Assembly (NCBI GenBank): GCA_950097015.1
Contig: CATNEN010000038.1
Span: forward strand, 14,942,001-15,006,000
Length of the DNA stretch: 64,000 nt
DNA from: Macrostomum hystrix
Taxonomy: Eukaryota; Animalia; Platyhelminthes
Direction: 5' to 3'
The notes under the pieces were generated by a model that was not told the origin of the DNA, ran no database searches, and worked only from the letters and a program-made list of their open reading frames with translations. How positions within the stretch are numbered: the first letter of the stretch is position 1; each line of letters begins with the position of its first letter. Below, one piece after another: positions 47,296 through 62,379 of the stretch. Made by a program: the position numbers and the translations under genes.

Positions 47296-48704
47296 CTTAC
47301 CCCAGCAGTTTCTTTCGAAACATTTTTCAAAGCAAACAAACAGCCGTCAATTTTGAGGATTTTCAAGCACTGTACACAATGAAGAGCTGAAAATCAAATA
47401 TCAAATAATGCCAGTAAATACTGTAGCGATGATTCAATTGACAATTGTTTAAATTAGTCAGTCTTTATATACCGAAACTTGATCTTTACGTTTTTTTAAC
47501 GAATACATTGTTGCTTTTTCCCAGCACAGCTAAGTCAATCACAACACACCTATAGTCGCAGGAGTAGGTATATATAACTCTTGATGAGACAATCAGTTAA
47601 AGGTAAATATTTGATTGTCAAAAAGAAAGTTGTTGAACTGTAGACATTTAAATAAAACCTAGTGATGATGTAAGGCCAAAAGATCAAAGTAAATCTTTCG
47701 TTTCGTCAAACATTAACTAGAAAAGTTTATTATAGAATGATTTTGACTACCTTAATTGGATTAAAATGGTACAATCCAAATTCATTTTTCTACATCACAA
47801 CTTTGCAGGGTAGCTTAAAAATAGCAATTATTTTAGCTTCAGTTAAAAGCACAGCACACTGGCTGACACTCAAGCTTCATCTGAAATGTAGATAACTTAT
47901 TAATAAGCTTTGTAAGAAAACAAATATTTTGAGAATCGACTAATAGATTAGAAAGTTATTATTATATTTGCCTTTCTGAGTAGCCTCATGATTGTATTAA
48001 TTACTCGTAATAATAGCTAGCATAAGTTTACTTCTGGTGTGTCTGCGTGTGTTACTTATTGGGGAAATAAGACAGGAAGTGTGGGAACAATTAAAATAAA
48101 AGATTTTATTCGTAGATTATTTAAGAAAAACTTTCTATAAAATAAATCAGAGTCAATCCGTGAGCGGAAAAAAACTGAGTATGGAAGATAAAATGAAACG
48201 GAACTTAAAAGGCTGGTCTAGCCTTGGATACTGCTAGACAAGCCATGCTTGGGCTATAAATATAGCATAATGTAATATAGTCTCCAAGGCTGGAAAATGT
48301 GCAAACCTATATATGCGAAACTAGAAAATTATCAATAACCAAATTGCGGCATGTGTGTGAGTGCGCTTGGTTCGGTGGAGTGAAATAGTTTATGGCCGAA
48401 ATATGGCACTAAACTGTAGGGCAATGATGCCGCACCACCCATTGTGAGGACACATCTGCTGCTCATGTCATAAAATCTTTTTCGGCGCAATGACGATGAT
48501 TATCAAGCCAATTAACACTTATTATATGCGTCTCTTGAAGATTGAGTATTTTTGTTTGAAAGATTTATTTTTATTAATATTAGACTCTTCACGCGAGTAA
48601 TGCCACCATGAATGTCGTGAGACTATAGGACGCATTGTTTAGTTAAGCGAAACTTAGAGATTAATTATTAGCACTGTATTCTTTGTAATAATTTTGCTAT
48701 AGTT

Positions 48705-48955
48705 TTTACTAGCGTCATTGTTAGGCACTAAATGACTAGCGTCATTGGCAGGAATGACTAGCGTCATTGGCAGGAATGACTAGCGTCATTGGCAGGAATG
48801 ACTAGCGTCATTGTTAGGATTCTATTTGACAAGTGTCAATGTTAGGAATCTATATGACTAGCGTCATTGTTAGGAATCTATATGACTAGCGTCATTGTTA
48901 GGAATCTATATGACTAGCGTCATTGTTAGGAATCTATATGACTAGCGTGATTGCT
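48705..48955. repeat. 22/29-bp repeat with AATGACTAGCGTCATT hairpin core
   Basis: Short tandem array. Confidence 0.85.
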
Positions 48956-49667
48956 TGGGATTGAGACAATAAAAAGCGCCGTATTTTATAAGATAATATT
49001 CATATGCAGGTGTCAGAATTCCAAGCAATTAACCTATGTAAAAACACAGACCAGTGGAAGAGATATATAGGATCGAGTTAGTTACATGTAACAGGCAGCA
49101 ACAGATGGTCACAGCATCAGACACTGCTTAAGTTGTCTGCGGTTATCAAGCACTGAATTTGGAAGGAAAAGTTATAAGTAAGAATTTTATGCGATCACGA
49201 CTATAATAAATAGTTAGTGCGCTAAACTACAATCACACTTCTCTGTTGCTTTTTTCTGATGATTAATATTATTTATAATCGTTACGGCCCAAAATAACTA
49301 TAGCTTGAACTTGAAAACTATAAAATTTTCTGTCTGTTGCATACTCATATGTGTGTGTGAGAGAATGAAAGAGAGAGAGAAACTCAAAAGCATGAGTTCG
49401 CTTTCAAGCTGGGCATCATGTAATAAAACATCAAAACGGGATGCTGGTATAAAAATTGCAACAGAGTCTCGCTTTATTTTAACAAATGAGAACAAGTTTA
49501 TTGCTGGGCAGTGCTTCAAACAGTTTTATGCTAATTATCAAATTAGCTTCACCAAAGGGCAGAGATCACGGTCTCGAAAATCCAGCTGCCGTGAAATCTC
49601 ACAATATCTTCCGTGCTTATATTTTCCCTGTCTCATCTCTCCTATCTCATTTCTATCCGCGTCTTAA

Positions 49668-50753
<1,086 letters not shown>

Positions 50754-51299
50754 TGACCCGCGGGGTTACATAAGGTTGCCGACTTCTGCATTAAAAAAGA
50801 TCAAGATAATTATTTAAGCGTCTATTTAAGCGCATTGTCGGAAAGGCTGTTTGGAAGCTAAATTCCCGTAATCAAGGAGAGCTTCAAAGTGTGACAAAGA
50901 TTTATTTATACGTGCTCAAGAGCAGCGATCAGTCAGTGAATTGTTTCATCGAAGCGACTCAAAAACAAACAAACTAGCAAGCACGCGCAGCTTTGAGTCT
51001 TTGTACTTAAGCGCAGGTTTTGTCAATTGTCTTTATTTTGTTGTACGGCATGCACGGACAAGACGTGCTGCAACCACTGCTACTTGACAGAAATATTTTT
51101 GAAACAATTAATTAAGAAGTCTTTTGTTACTAGGCATTATTCGCATTACGAAGGTAATCTAAGGTCATCATTATAAAATAACTTTATCATCGTTTAAGCA
51201 TCTTAACCTTAAAGCATTTCGTTAAACTTCTGTTAATGGATTGATATGAAAACTAATATTCTAGATTTGACGACACTCGTTAAACTGAGTGTTAATCAC

Positions 51300-51625
51300 A
51301 AATGACACCAGTCATTTGTTGAGAATGACACCAATCATTTGTTGAGAATGACACCAGTCATTTGTTGAGAATGACACCAGTCATTTGTTGAGAATGACAC
51401 CAGTCATTTGTTGAGAATGACACCAATCATTTGTTGAGAATGACACCAGTCATTTGTTGAGAATGACACCAGTCATTTGTTGAGAATGACACCAGTCATT
51501 TGTTGAGAATGACACCAATCATTTTGGGTGGAAATGACACCAGTTACTTTGCGGATACAAAACCAGACATATGACATCAGTCATTTGGGAAAAATGACAC
51601 GCAATTTTGTAGAAATGACGCCAGA
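51300..51625. repeat. 23-bp minisatellite (AATGACACCAGTCATTTGTTGAG)n
   Basis: Tandem repeat with AATGAC/GTCATT inverted core. Confidence 0.9.
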
Positions 51626-51729
51626 ATAAAAAAAGTATACTAAACCTTTCGTTTCTTAAAAATGACACCCGGCCGGTCACTTTAAAAAAATAAGCAGTGA
51701 ATGGTGATAAGGGACTCCCTAACCAAAAG

Positions 51730-52070
51730 AGACGGTGGCAGAGCTGTTAACGAGTTTCTCTCTCGCGCCAAGGTCCCTAAGTTCGATTCCGCGGCGAGGC
51801 CACATTCATTTGGGGCGCAGCCGTGGATTGAAGGCTTGGGGGCTTGTCGTGCAATTTACGCCCTTGAGGGCCAACCTCCAAGGCACAGATAAGTGTACAT
51901 ACACTGCCTGACGATGAGAAGTCACGCCAGATGTACAAACATGTGTTCGTGTGTGCCCAGGAGTCAGCGAAATGGGCAGAATTGCCTCCTCGCTAGAAGC
52001 GGGTCTAAAGTGTCACTAAAATGATGTGCCATTGCCCGCAGCCCTCCTGCGATTATTTATATTATTATAA
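51730..52070 (+). mobile_element. tRNA-derived SINE copy 4
   Basis: TGGCAGAGCTG A box, GTTCGATTCC B box, same body and 3' structure, AT-rich tail. Confidence 0.9.
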
Positions 52071-52239
52071 ATTAGTCCCAATGGGACAGACATTTAGTCC
52101 CAATTGTGCATTAAATCACCCAAATCTACAGCAATGCAAATTATTTTAATCTCTAATTCAAGCAAGCAAACTACTTCTCATGTCTGTCTCTCATACACAC
52201 TTTTGACAAAATCTATTTATTAACCTTGGATGGAGTATC

Positions 52240-52860
52240 AGCTATTGGCTGTCACATCGCAACCAATAGGAATTAGCGAAGAGACATAGAGAGAGTGGAA
52301 AGGGGGTGCCATGAGGTGTAGTAAAACGTTAGCTTTTAAGTTTCCAGCAGCAAAGAAGGAGTCCATGAGAATGGGGGTTGGGACTCGGGCGGGCTGCAAT
52401 TTGAGTGGCTACTAGGAGAGGAGGATGAGGCGGGGACGATGAGGCGGTGCCGCAGACACAGGGCCGACACCTTAGCTACCCTCTTTCTCTCCTCTCGCTC
52501 CCGCTGTAAGTAGGAAGCTTAGAGAGAAAAAAGCAGCAGCCAATAAACTGGTGTTTAGCCAAGTGTACATATGGGAAAATACATTACTAAACTCCCGAAG
52601 GAAGGACTCACGGAAAGCATTTCCGGCCAGCAACCCCCTCCTCTATCTCTCTGTTTTTTTCTCTCTCTCTATTTTTGAAAGAGAGCAAAAATTAAAATCA
52701 ACCAACCCCCCACCAACAAGCCCTCCAAAAACAAGCCAACCCCGACAAGCCTCGCTATCCCATTGGAAGCGGCTGTTGTAAAAGTTGAATGGAGTGAGGA
52801 GGGTTCTGCATGGCAAGGGGGGAGGTATTTTATAGAGAAGCAATTCTGAGGCCGGGGTAG
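52240..52860 (+). promoter_or_regulatory. Candidate Iroquois proximal promoter
   Basis: Several CCAAT/ATTGG boxes, GC-rich stretches and TTTTATAGA ~340 nt upstream of the ATG; motif-level evidence only. Confidence 0.3.
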
Positions 52861-53168
52861 AGTTAGGAAGCGCCCGTAGACAGTCTGACGCCTTGTAACG
52901 CATCAAACCAAAAAACACACAACTAGAGATAGAACTCAAACACCCCACCAACTCTTAACAAAACTTAGCTGGGCTGTCAAACTATTCACTAAACAGAGAC
53001 TGCAGACAATTTTTCTGTGCCCCTAACCAGCAAACTTGCTCTTCATCCGGTTTGAATAATTGACTTCTGCTTCTACTATTTATTATTTTTATTGAAGAGA
53101 AAATTAGTGATTTTTTGTTCTCTCTAGTGCAGAAAAAGTTCAGTTGCTTTAGTTAACAAAAATTAGCA

Positions 53169-53306
53169 ATGACAGCCGCACCCGCTACAGGATTTTCTGT
53201 GACATCTGGCGCTATGGGCAGCAAGGCCCAGTCTCCAATTATGTCACTGCCAATGATGGCAGGTCAGCATCAGCAGCAGCAGCAGCAGCAGCAGTACCAG
53301 CAGCAG
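53169..53306 (+). CDS. Irx: Iroquois (Irx) TALE homeobox protein, exon 1
   Basis: ATG...polyQ, CAG|GTGAGT. Model 53169-53306, 53463-53658, 53837-54168, 55271-56269 = 1665 nt, 554 aa, phase-consistent. Confidence 0.72.
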
Positions 53307-53462
53307 GTGAGTCTTCTAATGCTTGGTGGAAGAGTTTCGTTTATTTTTCTTTTCTTTTAGTTTGGAACAAATAGTGTCAAAGAACAGTACAATTTAATTC
53401 CTTTGAATAACCGTAATATTATATCTTCATGGTTTCAATAATGCAACTCCGCCCTCAAGCAG

Positions 53463-53658
53463 GTGATTCCATCATCAGCAGCCGCCGCTGTAGCAACAGC
53501 AGCTCAGCTGGCGGCGGCGGCGGCACAAATGGCCAGCAACAGCTCGCCGCAGCTTTCGTCTCCGCCTCAGCAGCAGCCGCTGCCGCTAGCTCCGCTGCCG
53601 AGCTGGGCCTACGGGCACCCGGCGCTGCTGCCTGTTGATCCGCAGACTGAGTCTTTGG
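53463..53658 (+). CDS. Irx: Iroquois exon 2
   Basis: Ala/Pro-rich, ...LLPVDPQTESL, GTGAGT donor. Confidence 0.75.
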
Positions 53659-53836
53659 GTGAGTACTATGATCTAATCTAATCCATTCTAATCAAACCGC
53701 ATCTTATCTTATCTCAATCTCATCTAATCTTATCTACCTGATCTAATCAAGTCTCATCTAATCCAATCTAACGTAATCTAATCCAATAAAATATAATATT
53801 ATCTAATCTACGCCCTTTTAATATTATCTCTAGCAG

Positions 53837-54168
53837 AAAACTGGCGACAGTTTCAACAGGCCGCATTCAACTACAATCTGGATCCGCACATCCTGGCAAT
53901 GTACAACGGCGCAGGCGCTGGCGGTGGCCTTGGCGGCGGACCCGGAGGTCACGGCGGCGGCCTGGGATTCGGCCAGCACCCGTTGCATCACCATCATCCG
54001 CATCATCATCATCATCATCGAAGCGATATGAGCGCACGACGCAAGAATGCCACCAGAGAAACCACGAGTATTTTGAAGGCCTGGCTAAACGAACACAAGA
54101 AGAATCCTTACCCAACTAAAGGGGAGAAGATTATGCTGGCCATCATAACAACAATGACGCTGACGCAG
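53837..54168 (+). CDS. Irx: Iroquois exon 3 (homeodomain helices 1-2)
   Basis: [45 protein letters not shown]; TAG/CAG tandem acceptor (53834 or 53837). Confidence 0.95.
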
Positions 54169-55270
54169 GTTAGTTGCCATAGAAACTAATTTCTATACAT
54201 ATTTGTCCTCAAATAGAAACAAAAATATCTTCGTAGGTACAATTTTTAGACTTTTTTGAAAAGCCTACTTTCCGTCGATGTCTTGGATATAGCTTTAGAT
54301 AGAAGATAGATTTAAGTATATTTAAGTATAGATAGATATAAAAAAATTAGCTAGCTTAGAAACAAGCCTTGACAACCAAAACTAAATGCGCAGCAGAATC
54401 AGCAGAGTCAATGTGTTAAGTAAATACCGAGACATAAGGTTTTTTACTATTTTAAAATTGGCACTCGAATCCAACAATAATTAAAATCATGCCAACGGAA
54501 GAACAGAGAAATTGCGATGCGTCGGACTGTTGAAATTGGAATATTTATCCAGCCAAAAGTCATCCAATAAATGCCTATCGAAATTTATCCCCAAAAAATC
54601 AACTTGTGTTTACCGATTCCGTGTGAAATGGGAAAATTATTAAACGATTATAAAAATTGGGGGAGGAGAACACCGGGTATTATAGACTGACAGAAAATTT
54701 TGCAGTGCACCAGAACACTTCTTTTAGAAGTGTCTTATAAATGACGAATATTTCGTCGCTAAATGCCCTTAGCGACAAAACTGTGGCTAAAGCTGCTTGT
54801 CTTGTAAACATTGTAGAGTTTCCACCCTCCACTTGTCCCCGACTACAGCCTGCGGGATGAAATCGTATCTAGTTGAAATTTATTAAGGCCCCATGAAGAC
54901 AGCATAATTTAAATTAACGCGATATTGAAGATTATAGCAGCATAGAAAATAATTTAGTTGGAAAACGGTTTGTTTAAACCAATCAGTTCTGATGCTTAAT
55001 GTCTGAATGACACATTAAGGTTTAGGGATGTAGTGAGTGTCTAGGGTAGATAGGGTAGATCGGGAGTGTCTAGGGTAGATAGGGTAGATAGGGAGTGTCT
55101 GGGGTAGACACTATGGAGATTAGTTTGTTTTTAGTGCAGACATTGAGTCAGCAGTCGTTGCGATAATATTGTCGATTGACCATAGCTGTAGAAAAACTTC
55201 CTATCAGCAAAAATAATCCCCCTTTGAAAATCGAAACGACTGACTGAAATGTATTCATACGAAAATTCAG

Positions 55271-56269
55271 GTTTCTACGTGGTTTGCCAACGCCAGACGC
55301 AGACTAAAGAAGGAGAACAAGATGACCTGGGTGCCGAGAAATCGGCCCGACGAAGACGAAGACAACGACGACGATGATGACGAAGTCGGCCCGACATCGC
55401 AGTCGGGAGGTGGCGCAGCCGCAGCGGCAGCCGCTGGCAATAGGCCACGGCCAATCGGAGTCGGAGTCGACGATGAAATCGACGATGACAACAACAACAA
55501 TGACGACGATTTGGACGACGATGACGAAGCGCTAATTGACGTTGGCGCTGACGGCGAAAGACGCGGCGAAGTCGACGAGGACGAGGACGAATTCGACCCG
55601 GAGGAGCAGGTTCGCCGACTGCGCGACTATCGCCAGATGGTACCGCGGCAAGAACTGGCACAGTCCGCCATTCACAGCCAGAGCTTTAACCAGCGCAAGC
55701 GACAGATAAACGATTCAGCAGCTGCGACTGATGATCCGGCGAAGTCCAAGCCTAGAATCTGGTCCATTGTGGACACGCTCAACAAGACGGAAACGCGAGC
55801 GACTCAACTGCCGCCGCTGCCCCTAATGCCACCGTCAATACTGCAGATGCCGCCGCACTCCATGCCTCATCATCATCCTCATCATCAGCTTCCTCTTAAC
55901 GGGCATGCCATAAGTCAGCACATCAGCCAGCATCAGCAGCAGCAGCAACAGCTGCAGTCGCTGCCATTCGGTCTATTTAGCCAGCAGCACCCGAAGCTGC
56001 CAATGATACCCGGCGGAAGTCATCACTGCCTGCCACCGCCGCCGCCGCCACCGCCGCCTCATCATCCGCATCATCAGCTGATGCTGCCGCCGCCGCTTTA
56101 CTATACTCTGTTCAACGCCTTCAACCGGACTTCGGCGGCGTCAACGTCAGCCATGGCTGCAGCCGCGGCGGCCGCAGCGGCAGCGGTAGCAACCTCTTCC
56201 TCCTCCTATGATACGAAATTATCGCCGGAGCCACTCGAACAGCAGCAGCAGCGGCAGCAAGAAAAGTGA
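55271..56269 (+). CDS. Irx: Iroquois last exon (helix 3, acidic region, IRO box)
   Basis: [20 protein letters not shown], acidic tract, IRO-box-like [11 protein letters not shown]; AATAAA at 56371. Confidence 0.95.
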   Translation, partial: VSTWFANARRRLKKENKMTWVPRNRPDEDEDNDDDDDEVGPTSQSGGGAAAAAAAGNRPRPIGVGVDDEIDDDNNNNDDDLDDDDEALIDVGADGERRGEVDEDEDEFDPEEQVRRLRDYRQMVPRQELAQSAIHSQSFNQRKRQINDSAAATDDPAKSKPRIWSIVDTLNKTETRATQLPPLPLMPPSILQMPPHSMPHHHPHHQLPLNGHAISQHISQHQQQQQQLQSLPFGLFSQQHPKLPMIPGGSHHCLPPPPPPPPPHHPHHQLMLPPPLYYTLFNAFNRTSAASTSAMAAAAAAAAAAVATSSSSYDTKLSPEPLEQQQQRQQEK

Positions 56270-56931
56270 TCAATTCTCGAAATATAGACTAACCGCTTTT
56301 TATTTAGTTTTGACTCCAACTCAAAGCCCGAATCCAATCAGTTTTTTCACTTTCTTTACTGTCGTAAAACAATAAAACAAGAACAGTTCAGAATTGAAAA
56401 TCTGAATGTACAGATTGAGAAGAATGCCTTTTAGTTATCGATATTTGCTTGTCATCATCACCCTCTTCTATTTGTCTTAGAAAATTACTGGTAGGTCATT
56501 CAATTATGTTTGTTTAACACCAATAAACTGCCCCAATAGCATTCTATTAGGGCCTAGTCAGTCGCTAGGATGAACATATTTACATGCCACTTGTCACACA
56601 CGAATAATTATATGCCTTAAAAATGTGCACAAACTGATCCCAAAAGCATATTTGCAGTCTGATTGCATAACACAAATCATATATTTATTGAATATATTTG
56701 TTACCATTTATAATTCTTTATTTAAATGTGCCCGTCATGATAAAGTATAGTGCAAGTGCAGCAGCAACAAACTAGTGTGAATAAAATAACCACTTTGCCC
56801 AATTTTTTAAATAAACTGAAATTATAAACAGCCTCATATAGCAAACATAACTAAATACTTGCTTACACTTTCTCTTTTGCTTTCAGCTAGTTGACTCAAC
56901 TCTGACTATCTCAGGCTTTAAATAGGGAAAT

Positions 56932-57972
56932 ATAGGGTAGACAGTGAGTGTCTAGGGTAGATAGTGGGTTTCTGGTAGATAGTCAGTGTCTATGGTAGAT
57001 AGTGAGTGTCTAGAGTAGATAGTGAGTGTCTAGAGTAGATAGTGAGTGTCTATGGTAGATAGTGAGTGTCTATGGTAGATAGTGAGTGTCTAGAGTAGAT
57101 AGTGAGTGTCTATGGTAGAAAGTGAGTGTCTATGGTAGATAGTGAGTGTCTATGGTAGATAGTGAGTGTCTAGAGTAGATAGTGAGTGTCTATGGTAGAA
57201 AGTGAGTGTCTATGGTGGATAGTGAGTGTCTAGGGTAGATAGTGAGTGTCTAGGGTAGATAGTGAGTGTCTAGAGTAGATAGTGAGTGTCTAGAGTAGAT
57301 AGTGAGTGTCTAGAGTAGATAGTGAGTGTCTATGGTAGATAGTGAGTGTCTATGGTAGATAGTGAGTGTCTAGGGTAGATAGAGAGTGTCTATGGTAGAT
57401 AGTGAGTGTCTAGGGTAGATAGTGAGTGTCTAGAGTAGATAGTGAGTGTCTAGGGTAGATAGTGAGTGTCTAGGGTAGATAGTGAGTGTCTAGGGTAGAT
57501 AGTGAGTGTCTAGAGTAGATAGTGAGTGTCTAGAGTAGATAGTCAGTGTCTATGGTAGATAGTGAGTTTCTAGGGTAGATAGTGAGTGTCTATGGTAGAT
57601 AGTGAGTGTCTAGGGTAGATAGTGAGTGTCTAGGGTAGATAGTGAGTGTCTAGGGTAGATAGTGAGTGTCTAGGGTAGATAGTGAGTGTCTATGGTAGAT
57701 AGTGCGTGTCTAGGGTAGATAGTGAGTGTCTAGGGTAGATAGTGAGTGTCTAGGGTAGATAGTGAGTGTCTATGGTAGATAGTGCGTGTCTAGGGTAGAT
57801 AGTGAGTGTCTAGAGTAGATAGTGAGTGTCTAGGGTAGATAGTGAGTGTCTAGGGTAGATAGTGAGTGTCTAGGGTAGATAGTGAGTGTCTATGGTAGAT
57901 AGTGAGTGTCTAGGACAGATAGTGAGTGTCTATGGTAGATAGTGAGTGTCTATGGTATAGTGAGTATCTAGC
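56932..57972. repeat. 20-bp minisatellite (AGTGAGTGTCTA[GG/GA/TG]GTAGAT)n
   Basis: Tandem repeat, period 20. Confidence 0.95.
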
Positions 57973-58809
57973 TCAAAATTTTTACTAATAGATAAGTAAC
58001 CATGAATAACAAGTTAAGCGTATTTACAATAAAATACTTTCACTAGGAAAAGTTTTAGTAGGCGACGAAGAATTAATTTGGCGTCAATATAGCCCACAGA
58101 AAACACTACAGTCGCTGTCAGTCTTTCCTGAATTGTCCAATCTGTAACAATAAGAAATAAATATTTCTCGATTGAAAGCCAAAATAATATCATAATCAGC
58201 GCAAATTTGAAGAGGACCCGGGGACATACACGACAAATCGAACAGGTAGGTTGGTTTAGCCAAATCTCTGTGCAACAGTTTATTGGTTTAGCTGTTTAGC
58301 GGGGGTTATAAGCACAGTTAAGTTTGTAGAATTCTTTCATTGTGTGTTTTCCTCATTCCGTACATTTTTCGGGCGTTTAATCCTTCCAGCTGTGATTGTT
58401 TTCGCTTGGTCGCTACCATTTTGCTTCTTCTATTTCTTCAAATAAAAGAAGGAAGATTAAGAAAAATCTACTGAGCTATAGGATTGCAATCAAACGAAGC
58501 CAATATATCGGCACAAAGTCGCGTTTTCTTTCTTTAAAGCCGAGACTTTAAGGAGCCGAACCTGTGTGACAGACAGTTCGGAGATGAAAGACAAAGACAA
58601 TTGTGATAAACACATCACAGAGCTGCAATTTCAGACAGCGCGGCGAAGGCCAGGTAACATTATCAATCAACTAACAATCTGGTTAAGTGCAAATAATTCA
58701 GCAAATTTGTAAACATCTTTAGGCGGCATAAAAAATGCGTCATCAAAAACAATCATTAATTTCTTTCTTAACTGTGGGGGAGATTATCCATTCCATTTTA
58801 TCTTTCTTT

Positions 58810-59450
58810 CACACTCTACCATTCTCTCTCCCACTCTACCATTCTCTCTCCCACTCTACCATTCTCTCTCCCACTCTACCATTCTCTCTCCCACTCGACC
58901 ATTCTCTCTCCCACTCTACCATTCTCTCTCCCACTCTACCATTCTCTCTCCCACTCGACCATTCTCTCTCCCACTCTACCATTCTCTCTCCCACTCTACC
59001 ACTCTCTCTCCAACTCGACCATTCTCTCTCCCACTCTACCATTCTCTCTCCCACTCGACCATTCTCTCTCCCACTCTACCATTCTGTCTCCCACTCTACC
59101 ATTCTCTCTCCCACTTTACCATTCTCTCTCCCATTCTACCATTCTCTCTCCCACTCTACCATTCTCTCTCCCACTCTACGTTCTCTCTCCCACACTAAAT
59201 TTTCTCTCTCCCACTCTACCATTCTCTCTCCCACTTTACCATTCTCTCCCACTCTACCATTCTCTCTCCCACTCTACCATTCTCTCTCCCACTCTACGTT
59301 CTCTCTCCCACACTAAATTTTCTTTCTCCCACTCTATCATTCTCTCTCCCACTCTACCATTCTCTCTCCCACTCTACCATTCTCTCTCCCACTCTACCAT
59401 TCTCTCTCCCACTCTACCATTCGCACTCACAATCTACCTTTCTTTCTACC
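58810..59450. repeat. 20-bp minisatellite (CCACTCTACCATTCTCTCTC)n
   Basis: Tandem repeat. Confidence 0.95.
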
Positions 59451-61099
59451 ATCCTGTGAAAATTTTTACACGGCAGTAAATTTACACGATAATAACTTAT
59501 AACAGCCCAATATAAAAAACGACTATAAAGTACTTTATTTTTTTAATAGCAATCATAAAATTGTAACCACATTAATTAAAATCACTGGCTTCCAATTTGC
59601 CTATAGATAGACAAGATAAAGTTGACAGCAAAACGGTGCAAGAACAGCAGTAGGTAGCTTAGCAGAAACTACCTATGCATAAATATAAATGAAGAAATTG
59701 AAACGATAAGAAGTTTAGTTTCGGATTTAGAGGGAAACATATTCGGACTGTATGATAAAGCGAGTTTTTAAACAAAATTTTGACATGACAAAGTTTTTGT
59801 AAAATTTTATTAACTAAAAACTAATTTGCGAAAGGTAGCAACTGTCAAACCAGTGTTTGATTTGTTGCCTCTTATCTTTAGAGTCGTTGCTTGAGATAAA
59901 ACACTACTTTATTTTTTAATCGGCGTTTTTCATTTTCCTTAAAAGCTCGATTAACTAAACATAAGGCCAATTTTTTTAAGTTGCTTACAGCCTTGTAAAA
60001 AACTAAACACAGTACTTCACTAAAACACAAACTTTGAATCAAATCTTATCAACTATACAAATTGTGTTAGTCTGGTTTGCAGTACATTGCCAACAAAAAA
60101 CTGTAAACTGATAACAAATCAAATTTAACAAACTGCAACTCAAAGTTGTGACTAAACGAGCTCACTTTCATTATTTTCTTATTTTTTTTATTGGTTGTAC
60201 AAAGCTGACACTAATTAAAACAAAAAAGCAACAATTTGCACCGTAAAATTTGAAAATATTATGCAAATACAATGCCATCTAACGATGTTATTTATTAGTA
60301 CATCTATCTTCATCTTACTATTTGTTCCTTAATACCTTCATCTCTCCCTCCATCCCTTCATCTCTCTCCATCCCTTCATCTCTCCCTTCATCCCTTCATC
60401 TTTCCCTCCATCCCTAAATATCATAAAATATTTTTTATCTCTGTTTTCTTTTTTAATTGTGAAACCTGGCGTCTCTATGTGGCTGTCAAGGGAAGCAAAT
60501 ATTATACAATTTTAATTGTTTGTTTAGACACACATGTTTGAAAAACAAGCGATTAGATTGCCTATTAAAACAAAGGAAGTAAGCAATTAAAAAAGTCAAA
60601 CTCAAAAATATTAAACTGAATGTCAAAAACTTAATTTGCTTAAATTTGATGTCTTGGCCGAATTCTAATTTCAATGGTCCCAATAGGACCTAGCCGCATC
60701 TATTGCGCGATGCTTCAACTGTTCAACTGTTCAACTGTTCAGTCTGTGGACACATCCACCAGGACTACAAGTCCCATTGTCTATAGAATATTAAAACAAG
60801 AATATTTTATGAAACTTGAAAAATTTAACGTCGAGAAATATAAAAAGCATGACTAGTGTTATGTCTGGTCATGCCTCTCAATTTGGTCACTAAATGTCTA
60901 AGAAATTATTTTTCTCTCGCTTAGCTTAAGCGCGTGTGCCATCAAAACTTAATTTGAATTCGTATTACAATGTAGACACACAAACACTCTGACACGCACC
61001 ATAACATGCAAATAAGAGTATGTTAGTTCAGAATGATGAAGCTAAGAGGCTGGAATCACCCCCAGACATTGTCTCTAGGCCATTAAAATTGCACCACTA

Positions 61100-61360
61100 T
61101 AGGGGAGAGACAAAGGGGAGAGAGATTGAGAGAGAGACAGAGAGAGGGAGACAAAGGGGAGAGAGATTGAGAAAGAGACAGAGAGAGGGAGACAAAGGGG
61201 AGAGAGATTGAGAGAGAGACAGAGAGAGGGAGACAAAGGGGAGAGAGATTGAGAGAGAGACAGAGAGAGGGAGACAAAGGGGAGAGAGATTGAGAGAGAG
61301 ACAGAGAGAGAGGGGGAGAGAGAGAGAGAAGAGAATAAAGGGAGACAGGGACAGAAAGAA
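61100..61360. repeat. ~41-bp GA-rich repeat
   Basis: GGGAGACAAAGGGGAGAGAGATTGAGAGAGAGACAGAGAGA units. Confidence 0.85.
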
Positions 61361-62379
61361 CAGAAATGAAAGGAATACATGAAATACAAAACTCTGTACA
61401 AGCGCGTTTTTTCACAATTATATCTCTTTCTACACCTTAGCAAGCGAGTTTTAATCTTGCTTTCAATGAGTACTATTGTAAAAACTTTTGAGACAGCCAA
61501 CTCTATCTAGCAGTGATTCTATCTAGCCAAAGCAGCAATAACAAAAGTTTTCAGTTTTCGTTACAATGCTAACACAAATGTCTAGCTTGTTATAAATTTA
61601 TATATTTCTGGGCGTGACGGGGCCCGACAGAACAGAACACAACAAACAATGCAACTGGGGGTGCTGAACTACGTGACATTAACGCCGTTTCTGATCTCAA
61701 CCACACTTAACTGCTTATTTTGTTAAACTGTCTTTCTCTCTCTCTTCTTTTAATTGAGAAACTGCAATTTATCATATCACAATGGCCAATTCACACGATA
61801 GAGACTGTGATACAGAAAATGGAACAAAACACACTCACACGTTCACTCGTTTAAACAAATACAGAAAAAAGTTAAATTGCTAGGCTTTTTTTTAATCTTC
61901 AGGAAAACTTTGCCTCAGTTGCTATAGCTTCTTCCGTTAATTTTTTAGTGTGATATTTTTTTACCGCCAGGTTTCTTCACGATGCGGTAGGGTTAGTCGA
62001 CTGTTAACAGCTGATCGAGACAGTTCAGTGTAGGCTAGCCGGGGCACATTGGGCAGGTGGTTCTATTTTGAAACAACAAAACCGATTTTAAGAAAAAGCT
62101 GCACGAATTTTGTTTGCTGTGACAAAAGAAAAAATACTCATATCCTATTCTTTACGCAAATAGGGGAAAAATCACAGCTGGAACAATTGGAAACTTTTTA
62201 TTGGGAAAAAACTTTCTTAATTCAAATATGTCTCCCTTGTTTCATTGAATTTCACAGATCATGACGTCTTTTAGAGACGCCACTGCTAACGTTAAATCAA
62301 GTAGATCAAGGATATAATGGTTATTTTTGCCTAAATAATGTTCCAGGAATCCCTGGCTAAGTAAACCTAATCCAGGTTC

